From: Octopus vulgaris
Lineage: Eukaryota
Direction of reading: 5' to 3'
Length of the DNA: 64,000 nt
Assembly (NCBI GenBank): GCA_951406725.2
Contig: OX597831.1
Location: 73,408,001-73,472,000 of the forward strand
In this document: in pieces, positions 1 to 45,465 of the stretch
Layout: each line of letters starts with the position of its first letter
How positions within the stretch are numbered: position 1 is the first letter of the stretch
Made by a program: the position numbers and the translations under genes
The notes under the pieces: model-generated
What the model was told of the DNA's origin: nothing
The model's database searches: none
What the model saw: the letters and a program-made list of their open reading frames with translations, nothing else

Positions 1-114
1 TCCTGGTTTATTACCTGAAATAATCTTCCAGTAAACATCCATGCCTTTACACTGTTCCCTAAAGGGCTGGCCTCTCCAGACACCCAACCGCATCATAAGG
101 GTCTAATATCTTCT

Positions 115-400
115 TACATTATTTACATTTGATGGATATTTTTCCTCATCTTGTTTGTTGTTAACCCAATATTTTGGCCCACAGGCATATGGCATAGTGG
201 TTAAGAGCACGGGCTATTAACCCCAAGATTCCAAGTCCAATTCCAGGCAGTGACCTGAATAATAATAATAACAACAACATTGAAAAATACCTAAGGAATG
301 AGAACCCAAGTTTGAAATTTCCCCAAGACACCTGATGAAGGCTGGAGGGTATATCAGTCGAAATGTAAATAATTCCTCATCTCTTAAATATAGAACTGCA
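115..400 (+). mobile_element. Penelope-like pLTR remnant with tRNA-like A/B boxes, a hammerhead core and an inverted terminal piece
   Basis: A box TGGCATAGTGG 190-200; B-like GTCCAATTCC 235-244; CTGATGA 332-338, GGCTG/CAGTC stem, GAAA 360-363; same tRNA-like cassette follows the GIY-YIG ORF end at 37266-37540. Confidence 0.6.
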
Positions 401-423
401 ATATCTTCCTAGTTGTAAGGGTT

Positions 424-806
424 TACTCTTTTTACTTGTTTCAGTCATTTGACTGCAGCCATGCTGGAGCACCGCCTTTAATCGAGCAACTCGACCCCAG
501 GACTTATTCTTTTGTAAGCCCAGTACTTATTCTATCTGTCTCTTTTGCCGAACCGCTAAGTGACGGGGACGTAAACACACCAGCGTCGGTTGTCAAGCAA
601 TGCTAGGGGGACAAACACACTCACACACGCATATATATACATATATACGATGGGCTTCTTTCAGTTTCCGTCTACCAAATCCACTCATAAGACTTTGGTC
701 GGCCCGAGGCTATAGTAGAAGACACTTGCCCAAGGTGCCACGCAGTGGGACTGAACCCGGAACCATGTGGTTGTTAATCAAGCTACTTACCACACAGCCA
801 CTCCCC
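424..806 (-). mobile_element. tRNA-derived SINE, family 1, full length, with LINE-shared 3' tail
   Basis: Reverse complement of the copies at 1992-2400, 34715-35135 and 62220-62730; internal (TA)/(CA) run. Confidence 0.85.
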
Positions 807-1499
807 CTAAATATTTTCTTACTTTGCCATATCTTTTTGTTTCTGTAGTTCCCTGGACCCTCAAAGATGTCAATGGTCATATTTAAAGTGAAAGATTTCT
901 TAATGATTAACGAATCTCTCTCATTACTGATGGAGATCCCTTGCATTTTACTCTCTCTCTCTCTCTTTTCCTTTCCAGGCTAAAGTAAAAGGAAGGTTCT
1001 AATTAAAGATGGTTTGGTCTCATCATCCAGAGAAATACCTTGTCATGGTTAGCATTAGTGGATGTTTCTTGTTGCTATGGTAACATCAGTGGATGTCTTG
1101 TTGCCTTAATAGTATCAGCGGGAGCATGCATGGCCACATGGTTATGGTGTTGAACACACAATCTCATGATCATGAATGCAATTCCTAGACCAGGTAGCAT
1201 GTGTCTTTGAGCAAGACACCTCATCTCACATTGCTCTGCAATCACTTGGACACCTGAGGCGTGATACACTGTGCATCTGTTCGGACAACATCAATCCAAT
1301 GGAGAGAGAGAGAGAGAGAGAGAGAGCTACTCAATGTGCAACACAAACAGTTGATCGAGGTAGAACAAACCATTTGTGCAGATTTTTCAAGAATTTGCAG
1401 AACTGACTTTCCAAAGACCACAGAGCAGCTTCCTCCTTGACATACAAAACTTCACGCATTCTTAAGTGTGTGATATTAACTTTAAAATATAAATGCAAA

Positions 1500-1928
1500 G
1501 CACCTTCCAAGCGTGATCATTGCCAGGGCCATGGATTGGCTCCCGTACTGGTGGTACGTAAAAAGCACCATTCGAGCGAGATCGTTGCCAGCATCACCTG
1601 ACTGGTACATGTACCAGTGGCATGTGAAGAAATAATATTCGAGTGTGGTCATTGCCATTCTGCCGGACTGGCTCATGTGCAGGTGGTACGTAAAAAACAC
1701 CTTTGGTTGTTGCCAGAACTGCCTGACTGGCCCTCATGCCGGTGGCACATAAAAGCACTCACTTACACACTTGGAGTGGTTGGCATTAGGAAGGGCATCC
1801 AGCTGTAGAAACTTTGCCAGATCAAGATTGGAGCCTGGTGTGGCCTTCTGGCTCGCCAGTCCTCAGTCAAACTGTCCAACCCATGCCAGCAAGGAAAGCG
1901 GACGTTAAACGATGATGATGATGATAAT
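1500..1928 (+). mobile_element. Interspersed repeat, family 3 (GGCACGTAAAAAGCACC subrepeats, GGTTGGCGTTAGGAAGGGCATCC core, (GAT)n tail), probably an RTE-dependent SINE
   Basis: Further copies at about 2612-2802, 3295-3540, 17318-17590(-), 18016-18260, 27625-28080, 61640-61730. Confidence 0.7.
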
Positions 1929-1991
1929 GATTTAGAGCTGAATATACTTACACACATACCTACCTACACATCTGAATATAAGTTTAATTAA

Positions 1992-2152
1992 CAGGAGTGG
2001 CTGTGTGGTAAGTAGCTTGCTAACCAACCACATGGTTCTGGGTTCAGTCCCACTGTGTGGCATCTTGGGCAAGTGTCTTCTGCTATAGCCCCGGGCCGAC
2101 CAATGCCTTGTGAGTGGATTTGGTAGACGGAAATCGAAAGAAGCCTGTCGTA

Positions 2153-2199
<47 letters not shown>

Positions 2200-2400
2200 C
2201 TGTGTTTGTTCCCCTAGCCTTGCTTGACAACCGATGCTGGTGTGTTTACGTCCCCGTCACTTAGCGGTTCGGCAAAAAGAGACCAATAGAATAAGTACTG
2301 GGCTTACAAAAAGAATAAGTCCCGGGGTCGAGTTGCTCGACTAAAGCCGGTGCTCCAGCATGGCCGCAGTCAAATGACTAAAACAAGTAAAAAAGAGTAT
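1992..2400 (+). mobile_element. tRNA-derived SINE, family 1
   Basis: GGAGTGGCTGTGTGGTAAG...GGGTTCAGTCCC head; tail CCAGCATGGCCGCAGTCAAATGAC. Confidence 0.85.
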
Positions 2401-3876
2401 ATCGTCCAAGAATAAGAAGACAAAAAAAAGGGGGGGGGGAGAAAGTGAAAAATATGCAAAGATGTGAAATTCTTAGTGTTGTTGTTAATGATGTCAGCAA
2501 TGAATTTAAACACATTTTCTCACTTTTTGTCTGAACATGTTGGTTTTTTTTTTATATCCCCCTTTTGGGTCACAAACATGTCCCTAACTAATCAAAGAAT
2601 CATTATGTGCTCCTGTGCTGGTGGCATGTAAAAAGCACCCACTACATTCGCGGAGTGGTTGGCGTTAGGAAGGGAATCCAGCTGTAGAAAGCTTACCAGA
2701 TCAGATTGGAGCCTGGCACATCCCTCTGGCTTGCCAGTCCTCAGTCAAACCGTCCAACCCATGCCAGCATGGAAAGTGGACGTTGAATGATGATAACGAT
2801 GATTAGCATGCTAGAGAAAATGTTTAACGACACTTCTAGATTTATGTTTTGAGTTCAAATTCTGCCAAGGTTGCCATTGCCTTTCATCATTTTGGACTCA
2901 AAAAAAGATGTACTGAGAACTGGAGATGATGTAATGGACGAGCCCCTACCCCACTCAAAATTGCTAGCCTTGTACCACAATTAGTAAGAATTATCATTAT
3001 CAAAATGCTTAAAATGTTTTTGTTTTTTTAAAAAGTAATGCAAGGAGTAAATATTTCTCACCCTAATTACCTTTATTTGAAAATTTCCTCATCTTTGTTC
3101 TGCTTCCTAAGTAAACAAAAACTGGACACTGCAGAACTATTACTACCATCCCTGCATTGTGACCTCTGACCTTTCTCTCCTCTGGAATAGACTTGTCAGA
3201 TTTAGCAAAAAACAGATAATATGCTCTCTTTGCTCTGACAATTTTTTTCTTTTTTTTCCTTTGAACAAAAAAAAAACAAAACATTTGAGCGGGGTCATTG
3301 CAGGCGGCACATAAAAAGCACCATTTGAGCATGGCCGTTGGCCGTTGCAAGTACCACCTAACTGGCCCTCGTGTCGGTGGCATGTAAAAGCACCCACTAC
3401 ACTCTCGGAGTGGTTGGCGTTAGGAAGGGCATCCAGCTGTAGAAACTCAGCCAGATCAGATTGGAGTCTGGCTCGCCAGACCTCAGTCAAATCGTCCAAC
3501 CCATGCTAGCATGGGAAGCGGATGCTAAACGATGATGATGTGTACACAAGTAGTCAGCTATGCCAGAGACACTTGTACCTTCAGTGGAATCGAGTGTGAC
3601 AAGTAGAGTCCATGCGATGGTCTTCCACAATTCCCCAGTTTGAGGTAAGCAATGATTATGCTAAAAGACCTTTGCCAGCGGCACTGTGACATTGATGTGT
3701 GTGGTTCAGTCTGAAGAGCAGCATGGGTGATTAAAGTGACTGACAAGTAATTCCAGGCCAAAAAGCTTGTCGACTGAGGGAGGAAACACCCATAACAACT
3801 GTTATTTTGTTAATTATTGCAAAGCTGGAAAAATGTTACCAGTTTTTCGTTTTTGGATTTGTGTGTTGAAGCATAT

Positions 3877-4153
3877 ACTCTTGTTTCTGGAGAGAGTCAT
3901 TCTCTTTTGATGCCTTATAATTTAACACACTCACCAGTAAAATTTCCACTTATTCCTTTTTTATTTTTCTAAAATTTTCGTTGCGTCTTGCAACCTTTGC
4001 AATAGTTTTGACTCAAAACTACTGAAAATGTTGCAAGATGCAACAAAAATTTTAGGAAAAAAAATTTGAGAAAAAATTGGAAATTTTACTGGTGAGTGTG
4101 TTAAATTATAAGGCACAAAAAGAAGAGAATGACTCTCTCCAGACACAACAGAG
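3877..4153. mobile_element. Fold-back / MITE-like element with ~135-bp imperfect inverted arms
   Basis: TCTGGAGAGAGTCATTCTCTT...AAGAGAATGACTCTCTCCAGA and TTATAATTTAACACACTCACCAGTAAAATTTCC with its reverse complement; centre near 4010. Confidence 0.75.
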
Positions 4154-5086
4154 TTACCGGTATTATTTTACAAAATATATGTCTATACACCTTTGTATAT
4201 ATTGTGTCTGCACATATATGAATATATAAATGATTGTTCATGTGTCAAGCTGTGTATATAAAAACAATTTAACATTAAACTGATGAATTATACAATAGTT
4301 TTTGTTAGAGTATATGTTTATTAGACTTTTGCAAGGAAAAAAAAAAATTGATAGTGACTTTGAAGTTTTGAGTCGCTTACCTACCAGACTGTCTGACAAA
4401 GGAAAGCGAGTTGAAACTTCAAAGTTACTATCAAACTTTTCCTTGTGAAAGTTTAAATAACATATGTATATATATGTGTGTGTGTGTGTATGTATATATA
4501 TATACACACGATTATGGATTTGAAAATGATTTGGATAAATTTTTTTTTCATGTTTATTACAAGAACACCTTGATGTAGAAAAAAAAAATGTGATATCATA
4601 TCATATATATATTATAGTATAGTATATATATATATAATGATATGCATATTATATATATATAGGTATGTATGTATAATTTCACGTCTGGAATTAAAAAAAA
4701 AAAGGTAAAAATAACCAACAAAACTGACCCATTTTGTTGCTCTGACCCCTTGACCATCCCCTTCTTGTAACTGGAAGTGATAAAAGTTCAAAATTGATGA
4801 AATGTTTCACAAACAATCAAAAAAATAATAGCCATGACTCTTTAGGGTTTTCATTTTTTTTTCTTTTTGAGGGAGCAGGTTTAGGGGTCACTCAACTTCA
4901 GTCTATTTTCTTTTTTTTTTTAATTGTTTATTTTATTTTATTGGTTTTGGGCCGAAATACATTTTTGTTTTACAATGTATTTTATTCAATTTTTGTTTAT
5001 ATATATTTTTTTAGATATATGTTTTATATATTTTAATGCCCCATTTTATTATTATTATTATTTTTGATCATTTTTTTTTTGTTTTG

Positions 5087-32307
<27,221 letters not shown>

Positions 32308-32691
32308 CTGAAAGGAGAGAAAAAAAGGAATTTGGTTAGAAATTAAAAGACGACACCACCACCGGTGGCTACTGAAACATTCCTAATTGTACACTGCTGC
32401 CATAAGGTAGACAAGGCCATCTGACAAGTTAAAGACCATGGATGTAGACACAACTAAAGTACAAGTGATAAAGTACATAAACCCTTGTCTATTTGGCAAG
32501 CAGATAAAAACATACACATGCATACAACCTCACACAAACACACACATCCCCTACTGATGTCTTATAAACTGGGACCATATGCTTTCAGCTCAGTCAGTTC
32601 AAACGTAACATGAGCCAACAGGATTAGATTATTCTATGCAATGGAACATATGTTGAGGTTGTAACTCTTTAAGGGCAACACAAACATAATA

Positions 32692-32722
<31 letters not shown>

Positions 32723-32738
32723 TCCCACACAACACTAG

Positions 32739-32769
<31 letters not shown>

Positions 32770-32772
<3 letters not shown>

Positions 32773-32936
32773 CTTTATTTAAAGCTAGCAAAAACTGTCC
32801 GACGAACGGGAACGTGAAACTCAGAGTAACAGGTTTTGTTGAATTTTCTGCTGCTTTAAATAAAGCATATTACTCTACCCCTGGTATTTGAGTACTCTTT
32901 TTTCCACCTTGTTTCATATTTATGTGTTCACTCCGG

Positions 32937-32940
<4 letters not shown>
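32770..32940 (+). mobile_element. Solo pLTR-like copy of the 13.6-14.1 kb hammerhead family
   Basis: Near-identical to 13950-14102; hammerhead 32790-32837 with perfect ACG/CGT stem II; flanked by (TA)n. Confidence 0.75.
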
Positions 32941-32969
<29 letters not shown>

Positions 32970-33235
32970 ATGTATATATGTGTATGTGTGTGTGTGTATA
33001 TATATATATATGTATGTATATGACCTTTTACTTGCTGCTGTCATTGGACTACAGCCATGCAGTGTTTTTTGTTGGCCCCATTACTTTTCTTCTTTTCTGA
33101 ACCTAATTCTATCAGTCTTATTTGCTGAAATGCAAAGTTACAGGGACATACACAATGACACACACACACACGTACATACATACATACACAGACACACACA
33201 CACACATGTACATACACAGACACACACATATACAG

Positions 33236-33572
33236 CAGTAAGAAAATGGAGGGGTTGAAGAGGTGGTATTCATCAACTTTTAGACATTATATTATGTCTA
33301 TTTGAAAAAAAAAAACAATTTTAACAATATACATACATGTATAACAGACCATGCTTTACATATATAAATATACCAGTAATTATTAAAATATATAATGCAG
33401 AACATTATATATTTTAATAATTACTGGTATTTTTATATATGAAAAGCATGATCTGTTATACATGTATGTATATTGTTAAAATTGTTTTTTCTTTAAAAAT
33501 AAATAAATAGACATAATATAATGTCTAAAAGTTGATGAATACCACCTCTTCAACCTCTCCATTTTCTTATTG
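33236..33572. repeat. AT-rich fold-back element (~165-bp arms)
   Basis: AAGAAAATGGAGGGGTTGAAGAGGTGGTATTCATCAACTTTTAGAC and its reverse complement at about 33520-33570. Confidence 0.8.
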
Positions 33573-33741
33573 TCGTATAAATTAAGGGTAAAACAACTTT
33601 TTACTCTCACTCATTTATTACATTCAGTAGTGTAATTGCCATGCAATGAAAAAACACTTGTGTATTAATAATTGGGTATATTGGATAGATATTATCCCTT
33701 AGTTGGTTGGATTCACAACCTCTAACTCTCTTGGAATATGC

Positions 33742-33779
<38 letters not shown>

Positions 33780-33985
33780 TCAAAATGTGACCTCGTGTGT
33801 ACTGTTAGATTTTTTTCCCTCTGTCTTCCCTTCTATGGATCTTTCCTTCTCCTATGTTTCCGACGAAGAGCTCCGCTCGAAACGTTAAACCCTCCTTCTT
33901 TCCTGAGCGTCCAATAATACTATATTTGTTCCACGTCCTCACGTTGTGTTGTGTTTTTTTGTGCTTTCTTGTTTGGATTAACTAT
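33780..33985 (+). mobile_element. Short Penelope-like fragment with minimal hammerhead (33856-33890), between (TA)n runs
   Basis: GTTT-CCGACGA-A-GAGC-TCC-GCTC-GAAA-CG-TT-AAAC. Confidence 0.65.
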
Positions 33986-34099
33986 ATATATATATATATA
34001 TTAATCAATATAAGGGTAGCAAAAAATTCAAGGGAAATTTTTTCGCCACCAGCAGTCCAGTGAGAAAGAAAAAATAGTCAACAGACTATATAATATACA

Positions 34100-34405
34100 T
34101 TCAACAATATTAAGGAATGGCCTTGATAGGCCATTCGACCCACTAGAAAGAGCAGCTAAACTCAAACCGCTAAATAGTTGTAATTCAGAAACCAAAGGAA
34201 AATAAAAACATTTACCTTCATCTTTGGACTATGCATAGTTTTGACATACATATTGGCAAACCGATCTAATTAAATTAAATTAAATTTATTTGCCACTGGC
34301 CTGTCTCGTTTGGTTTCTGAATTACAACTATTTAGCGGTTTGAGTTTAGCTGCTCTTTCTAGTGGGTTGAATGGCCTATCAAGGCCATTCCTTAATATTG
34401 TTGTA
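34100..34405. repeat. Inverted repeat (~95-bp arms, ~115-bp spacer) within a (TA)n-flanked element
   Basis: CAACAATATTAAGGAATGGCCTTGATAGGCCATTC...CAGAAACCAAA and its reverse complement. Confidence 0.8.
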
Positions 34406-34714
34406 TATATATATATATATATAACAGGCTTCTTTCAGTTTCTTGCTAAACAGTCATACCTCCTCCACATATATATCTGTGTGATTGTGTGTTGTTGTAT
34501 AGATTAGAGAGATCCAATGATGAATTGACAGATCGGTTTGGTCTGGTTGGGGCACGAAACTCTGGGCACTTGAGTCACTCACATAACTCCTCAGTCAATA
34601 AAATTACATTTTATAATTCTAATAAATATATATAATTAAATATCAAATAAATATATAATTAAATATCAAATAAATTATATACATGATACATAATGAATAT
34701 ATAATTAGCAATTA

Positions 34715-34879
34715 GGAGTGGCTGTGTGGTAAGTAGCTTGCTTACCAACCACATGGTTCTGGGTTCAGTCCCACTGCGTGGCATCTTGGGCAAGTGTCTT
34801 CTGCTATAGCCCCGGGCCGACCAATGCCTTGTGAGTGGATTTGGTAGACGGAAACTGAAAGAAGCCCGTCGTATATATG

Positions 34880-34923
<44 letters not shown>

Positions 34924-35135
34924 TGTGTGTGTTTGTCCCCCTAGCATTGCTTGACAACCGATGCTGGTGTGTTTACGTCCCCGTCACTTAGCGGTTCGGC
35001 AAAAGAGACCGATAGAATAAGTACTGGGCTTACAAAGAATAATTCCCGGGGTCGATCTGCTCAACTAAAAGCGGTGCTCCAGCATGGCCGCAGTCAAATG
35101 ACTGAAACAAGTAAAAAAAGAAAAAAAAAAAAAAG
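34715..35135 (+). mobile_element. tRNA-derived SINE, family 1
   Basis: Near-identical to 1992-2400; a diverged copy follows at about 35150-35440. Confidence 0.85.
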
Positions 35136-35438
35136 ATAGATTCAGAGGCGTGGCTGGTGGCTGTGTGGTAAGAAGGTTCCTTTCCAAGCAGATGCTTCTG
35201 GGTTCAGTCCCACCACTTCGTGACACCTTAGGCAAGTATCTTTACTATAGCCTTGGGTTGACCAAACCCTTGTGCCTGTCATAAGTGTGTGTGAGTGTGT
35301 TTGTCTCCCACCACAACTTGACAAACCGGTGTTGGTGCGTTTACATCCCTGTAACTTAGTTGATTGGCAAAAGACATTGACGAAATGATCCATTTAACAA
35401 AAGATTCTTCAAGCTGGGGTTCCAGCATGACCACAGTC

Positions 35439-35556
<118 letters not shown>

Positions 35557-36482
35557 TATTCAGATTGTTTGTTTTAGTGAAACAGTAACTGAATGAAATG
35601 ATGGTGTGATGGGGGTACCATAAGAAAGAAAGAAAAAAAAAGAGAATGAGCTGATGACCCAGTTTCAATTCCCAGCTGAAGTTATTTCACTTCGATAGTG
35701 TTGGGGGGTGAGGTAAAGGAACATTCCAGTCAGAGGGTGGAGGGGCAGTACAAGACGAACTCACGAGAATGCCATGAACATCACATCATCTTATCATCAT
35801 ATTATTTCGGCTCATTTATAAAGCCTGGCGCTTGGCATCTATTTCAGAATTCTGTGTGGGCATCTAAATTTGCCTTCAAACTTGTGTGTGTGTGTATATG
35901 TACGTGTAAGTATATGCATGTGTGTGTGTGTGTGCACACACATACAAATATATACACACACACATCCCTCAATATATATATAAATAGCTTACATCACCAC
36001 AGCTGTTTTTTGATATGTTCCAATGTTGAGAAACCAGAAACTTACCTATTCCACCTCCCCCCCCTCCCCAACCCAACCCAACAGGAAAACTAGGGAACCA
36101 GTTGTTCCAAGCCCCAACAAGCAACCCCAAGCACACACACACACACACTTTACATCTGGTACCCACCTCAACAAACTGTCTGGCAAAGCTCAGCGCCAAG
36201 ACGGGGGTGGGTGGGTGGGTTTACCCTCCTTCCCCCTCCATTCGTACATACGGGGAGGGGTGGGGGAAGAGGAGGAAGGAGGAGGAGATATTTGCCAGAC
36301 AACCCACCCTGTCACCACACACATGAAAAAGAATCAGCATTTCATAATACACGCACGCACACACACACACACACACACGTCTAATGTTGAAGGCCATTTA
36401 TTTCCTATACCCATCACACACACACACACCACTAAGACACCCTCAAAACACCCTTTCAAACATTATCATCTTAAACAAGGTA

Positions 36483-36523
<41 letters not shown>

Positions 36524-36870
36524 GTGTTTAGATGAAGTAGATATTTCTACTGTCAGGAGAAACAAGGTGAAAGCAACAAATATGAAAAGGGAGGGGGGGG
36601 GAGGTAAGGATGGGGGGTGGAGGAGTTGATTCCATTTTGGAACATTTATTTTCACCAATTTTCAACATTCATCAGCATTTCACGTCTATGATGGGACGTG
36701 TGTGTGTGTGTGTGCATAATGTTTGTAGGTGCAGGTCTGGAAAGAAGCTTGCTTCTCAACCACATGGTTCGGAGTTCAGTCCCACTGTGTGGCACCCTGG
36801 GCAAGTGTATTCTATAGCCTCAGGCTAACCAAAGCTTTGAATGTGTGTGTGTATACACACACACACACAC

Positions 36871-37265
36871 ACAAGGTGAGTCAAAAAGTAATGCCATTTT
36901 GTTTAGGACAGGTATAATTACCAACACAGGAAGATGTATCATACATCAAAATGAAGCTGGTCCTCTGTGGATCACATCCCTACTTCTCAACATGGTCACC
37001 GTTTCTCTCAATAGCAATGTTCCACCTTCTAATGAGACCATGTATCCCTGTCTCCATAAAATTCTGTTGGCTGTTCTTTGAGCCATCGCTTCACTACAGT
37101 TTTCACTTCCTCGTCACTGGAATAATGTTTGCATCTTGAACCCTCTGTCATGGGGCTGAAGAGATGATAGTTGAGTAACGATGGTAGTCCAGTGACAAGA
37201 AAGTGAAAACTGTAGTGAAGAAGTGGCTCAAAGATCACCCAACAAAATTTTATGGGGCAGGGGTA
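36871..37265 (-). mobile_element. Mariner 3' remnant with internal inverted duplication
   Basis: YHLFSPM...DEEVKTVVKRWLKEQPTEFY; 37040-37120 is inverted at 37185-37265. Confidence 0.7.
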
Positions 37266-37575
37266 CATCTTGGGATTAGTAGCCTGCACTCTTAACCACT
37301 ACGCCATATGGCCGTGGGCAATTATGGAGTGAACTTTAGGGCTTATAAATCTAAGATTTTCCTATCCTTCCTTAATACTGGTTCCCATATGTTGTTCATA
37401 TCTGCACTCAGTCTGCTTAGGAGGTTGTTGTGTCCTAGCATATGTGCTGCTTCTTTTAGTTTTTGTATTTTCCAGTGGTGTTCTCTGTCTATTATCTTAA
37501 CATCGTCCGACAGGGGGAGGTGGTCTTTAGTTTTCCATATGATGAGGGCAAATATCCGTCAAATGTAAATAACAT
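37266..37575 (-). mobile_element. Penelope-like element fragment: GIY-YIG endonuclease C-terminus followed by a tRNA-like cassette
   Basis: 37540-37343 reads IWKTKDHLPLSDDVKIIDREHHWKIQKLKEAAHMLGHNNLLSRLSADMNNIWEPVLRKDRKILDL*; A box TGGCGTAGTGG at 37306-37296. Confidence 0.72.
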
Positions 37576-37956
37576 AAATGATAATATTTTTTTAAGGTCA
37601 CTCATTTTTTTGCAATTGATCAATTGAATTGTTGAGTAAATGGGACAATGAATGCACCTATAATGCATATCAGAAACAGCTGTAAGTCTAGGATGCACAA
37701 AAAAAGGAAGATGTAAAATCTCATTATTTATGGCTTTTCTTGTGTGTCCCTTTGAGAAAACCAGATTAAGTGGGGAACCATGGATTTACAAAGTTGATTG
37801 GTGATGGACTTCCAACTTGGGGCCTTGCATTAGGATCACCTGTAGTTCTTTAATCAGCTGATAACCTTTTTGTTAGCCTGGTGTATTTGTATGAACAGAG
37901 AGATTACAAAGGATTTTGTCTGGATTGATAATCCCTTATTAATAATTCTTTTTTCT

Positions 37957-39250
<1,294 letters not shown>

Positions 39251-39252
39251 GA

Positions 39253-43510
<4,258 letters not shown>

Positions 43511-43543
43511 ATATATATATATATATGCATATATATATATATA

Positions 43544-43639
<96 letters not shown>

Positions 43640-43694
43640 TATATATATATATACATATATATATATATGCATATATATATATATATATATATGC

Positions 43695-43790
<96 letters not shown>

Positions 43791-43797
43791 GCACATA

Positions 43798-43837
<40 letters not shown>

Positions 43838-43848
43838 CATATATATAC

Positions 43849-43881
<33 letters not shown>

Positions 43882-43923
43882 CATATATATACATATATAT
43901 ATATACATATATATATATACAGC

Positions 43924-43963
<40 letters not shown>

Positions 43964-43992
43964 TATACATATATATATACATATATATAATA

Positions 43993-44034
<42 letters not shown>

Positions 44035-44069
44035 CATATATATACATATATATATATAAATATATATAC

Positions 44070-44127
<58 letters not shown>

Positions 44128-44128
44128 G

Positions 44129-44165
<37 letters not shown>

Positions 44166-44167
44166 GC

Positions 44168-44198
<31 letters not shown>

Positions 44199-44703
44199 GA
44201 GACCACACCAAGAGACAGACAGAGAGAGAGCTAAAACCTATTCTAACTTTTGCGAAGCGCTACTGTTGTATACACACTGTGGTCACACACGCTATACATA
44301 CATATATATACATACAGTATATACACATGTGTGCACATGCACATATATAAACAGTAGACATGACACATCAGTATATCACACACAAAATAAACTATATTCT
44401 CTCCAATCACTCCGGCTCTCTTTAACATCATCGTGCATGATGTGGAACAATATGACCCTATCAGATTGAAAAAGAGAAAAGAGTACATCCATGTATTTGT
44501 ATCGCTACAAAATATGTATATCATACATATATATATACATACTAATTGACTATACTTTTAACATTACACACATATACATACACAGGTGAGATATAGGGTT
44601 ACATTACATTTAAGCAGAGAAAAAAGAGAAATATATCATACATATATATGTCCCACATATATTCAAGTGATATATATATATATATATATACGGATATATA
44701 TAC

Positions 44704-44927
<224 letters not shown>

Positions 44928-44980
44928 TATATATACATATATATATACATATATATATATATACATATATATATATATGC

Positions 44981-45149
<169 letters not shown>

Positions 45150-45206
45150 TATATATGCATATATATATAGATATATATATATGCATATATATATATATAT
45201 AAAATA

Positions 45207-45460
<254 letters not shown>

Positions 45461-45465
45461 TATAT

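Noticed and set aside
184-256. Possible tRNA gene
   Set aside because: No convincing acceptor stem, degenerate B box, and it recurs as part of a mobile element.
4500-5080. AATAAA polyadenylation signals for the ADGRA gene
   Set aside because: Many candidates in AT-rich sequence; none can be singled out.
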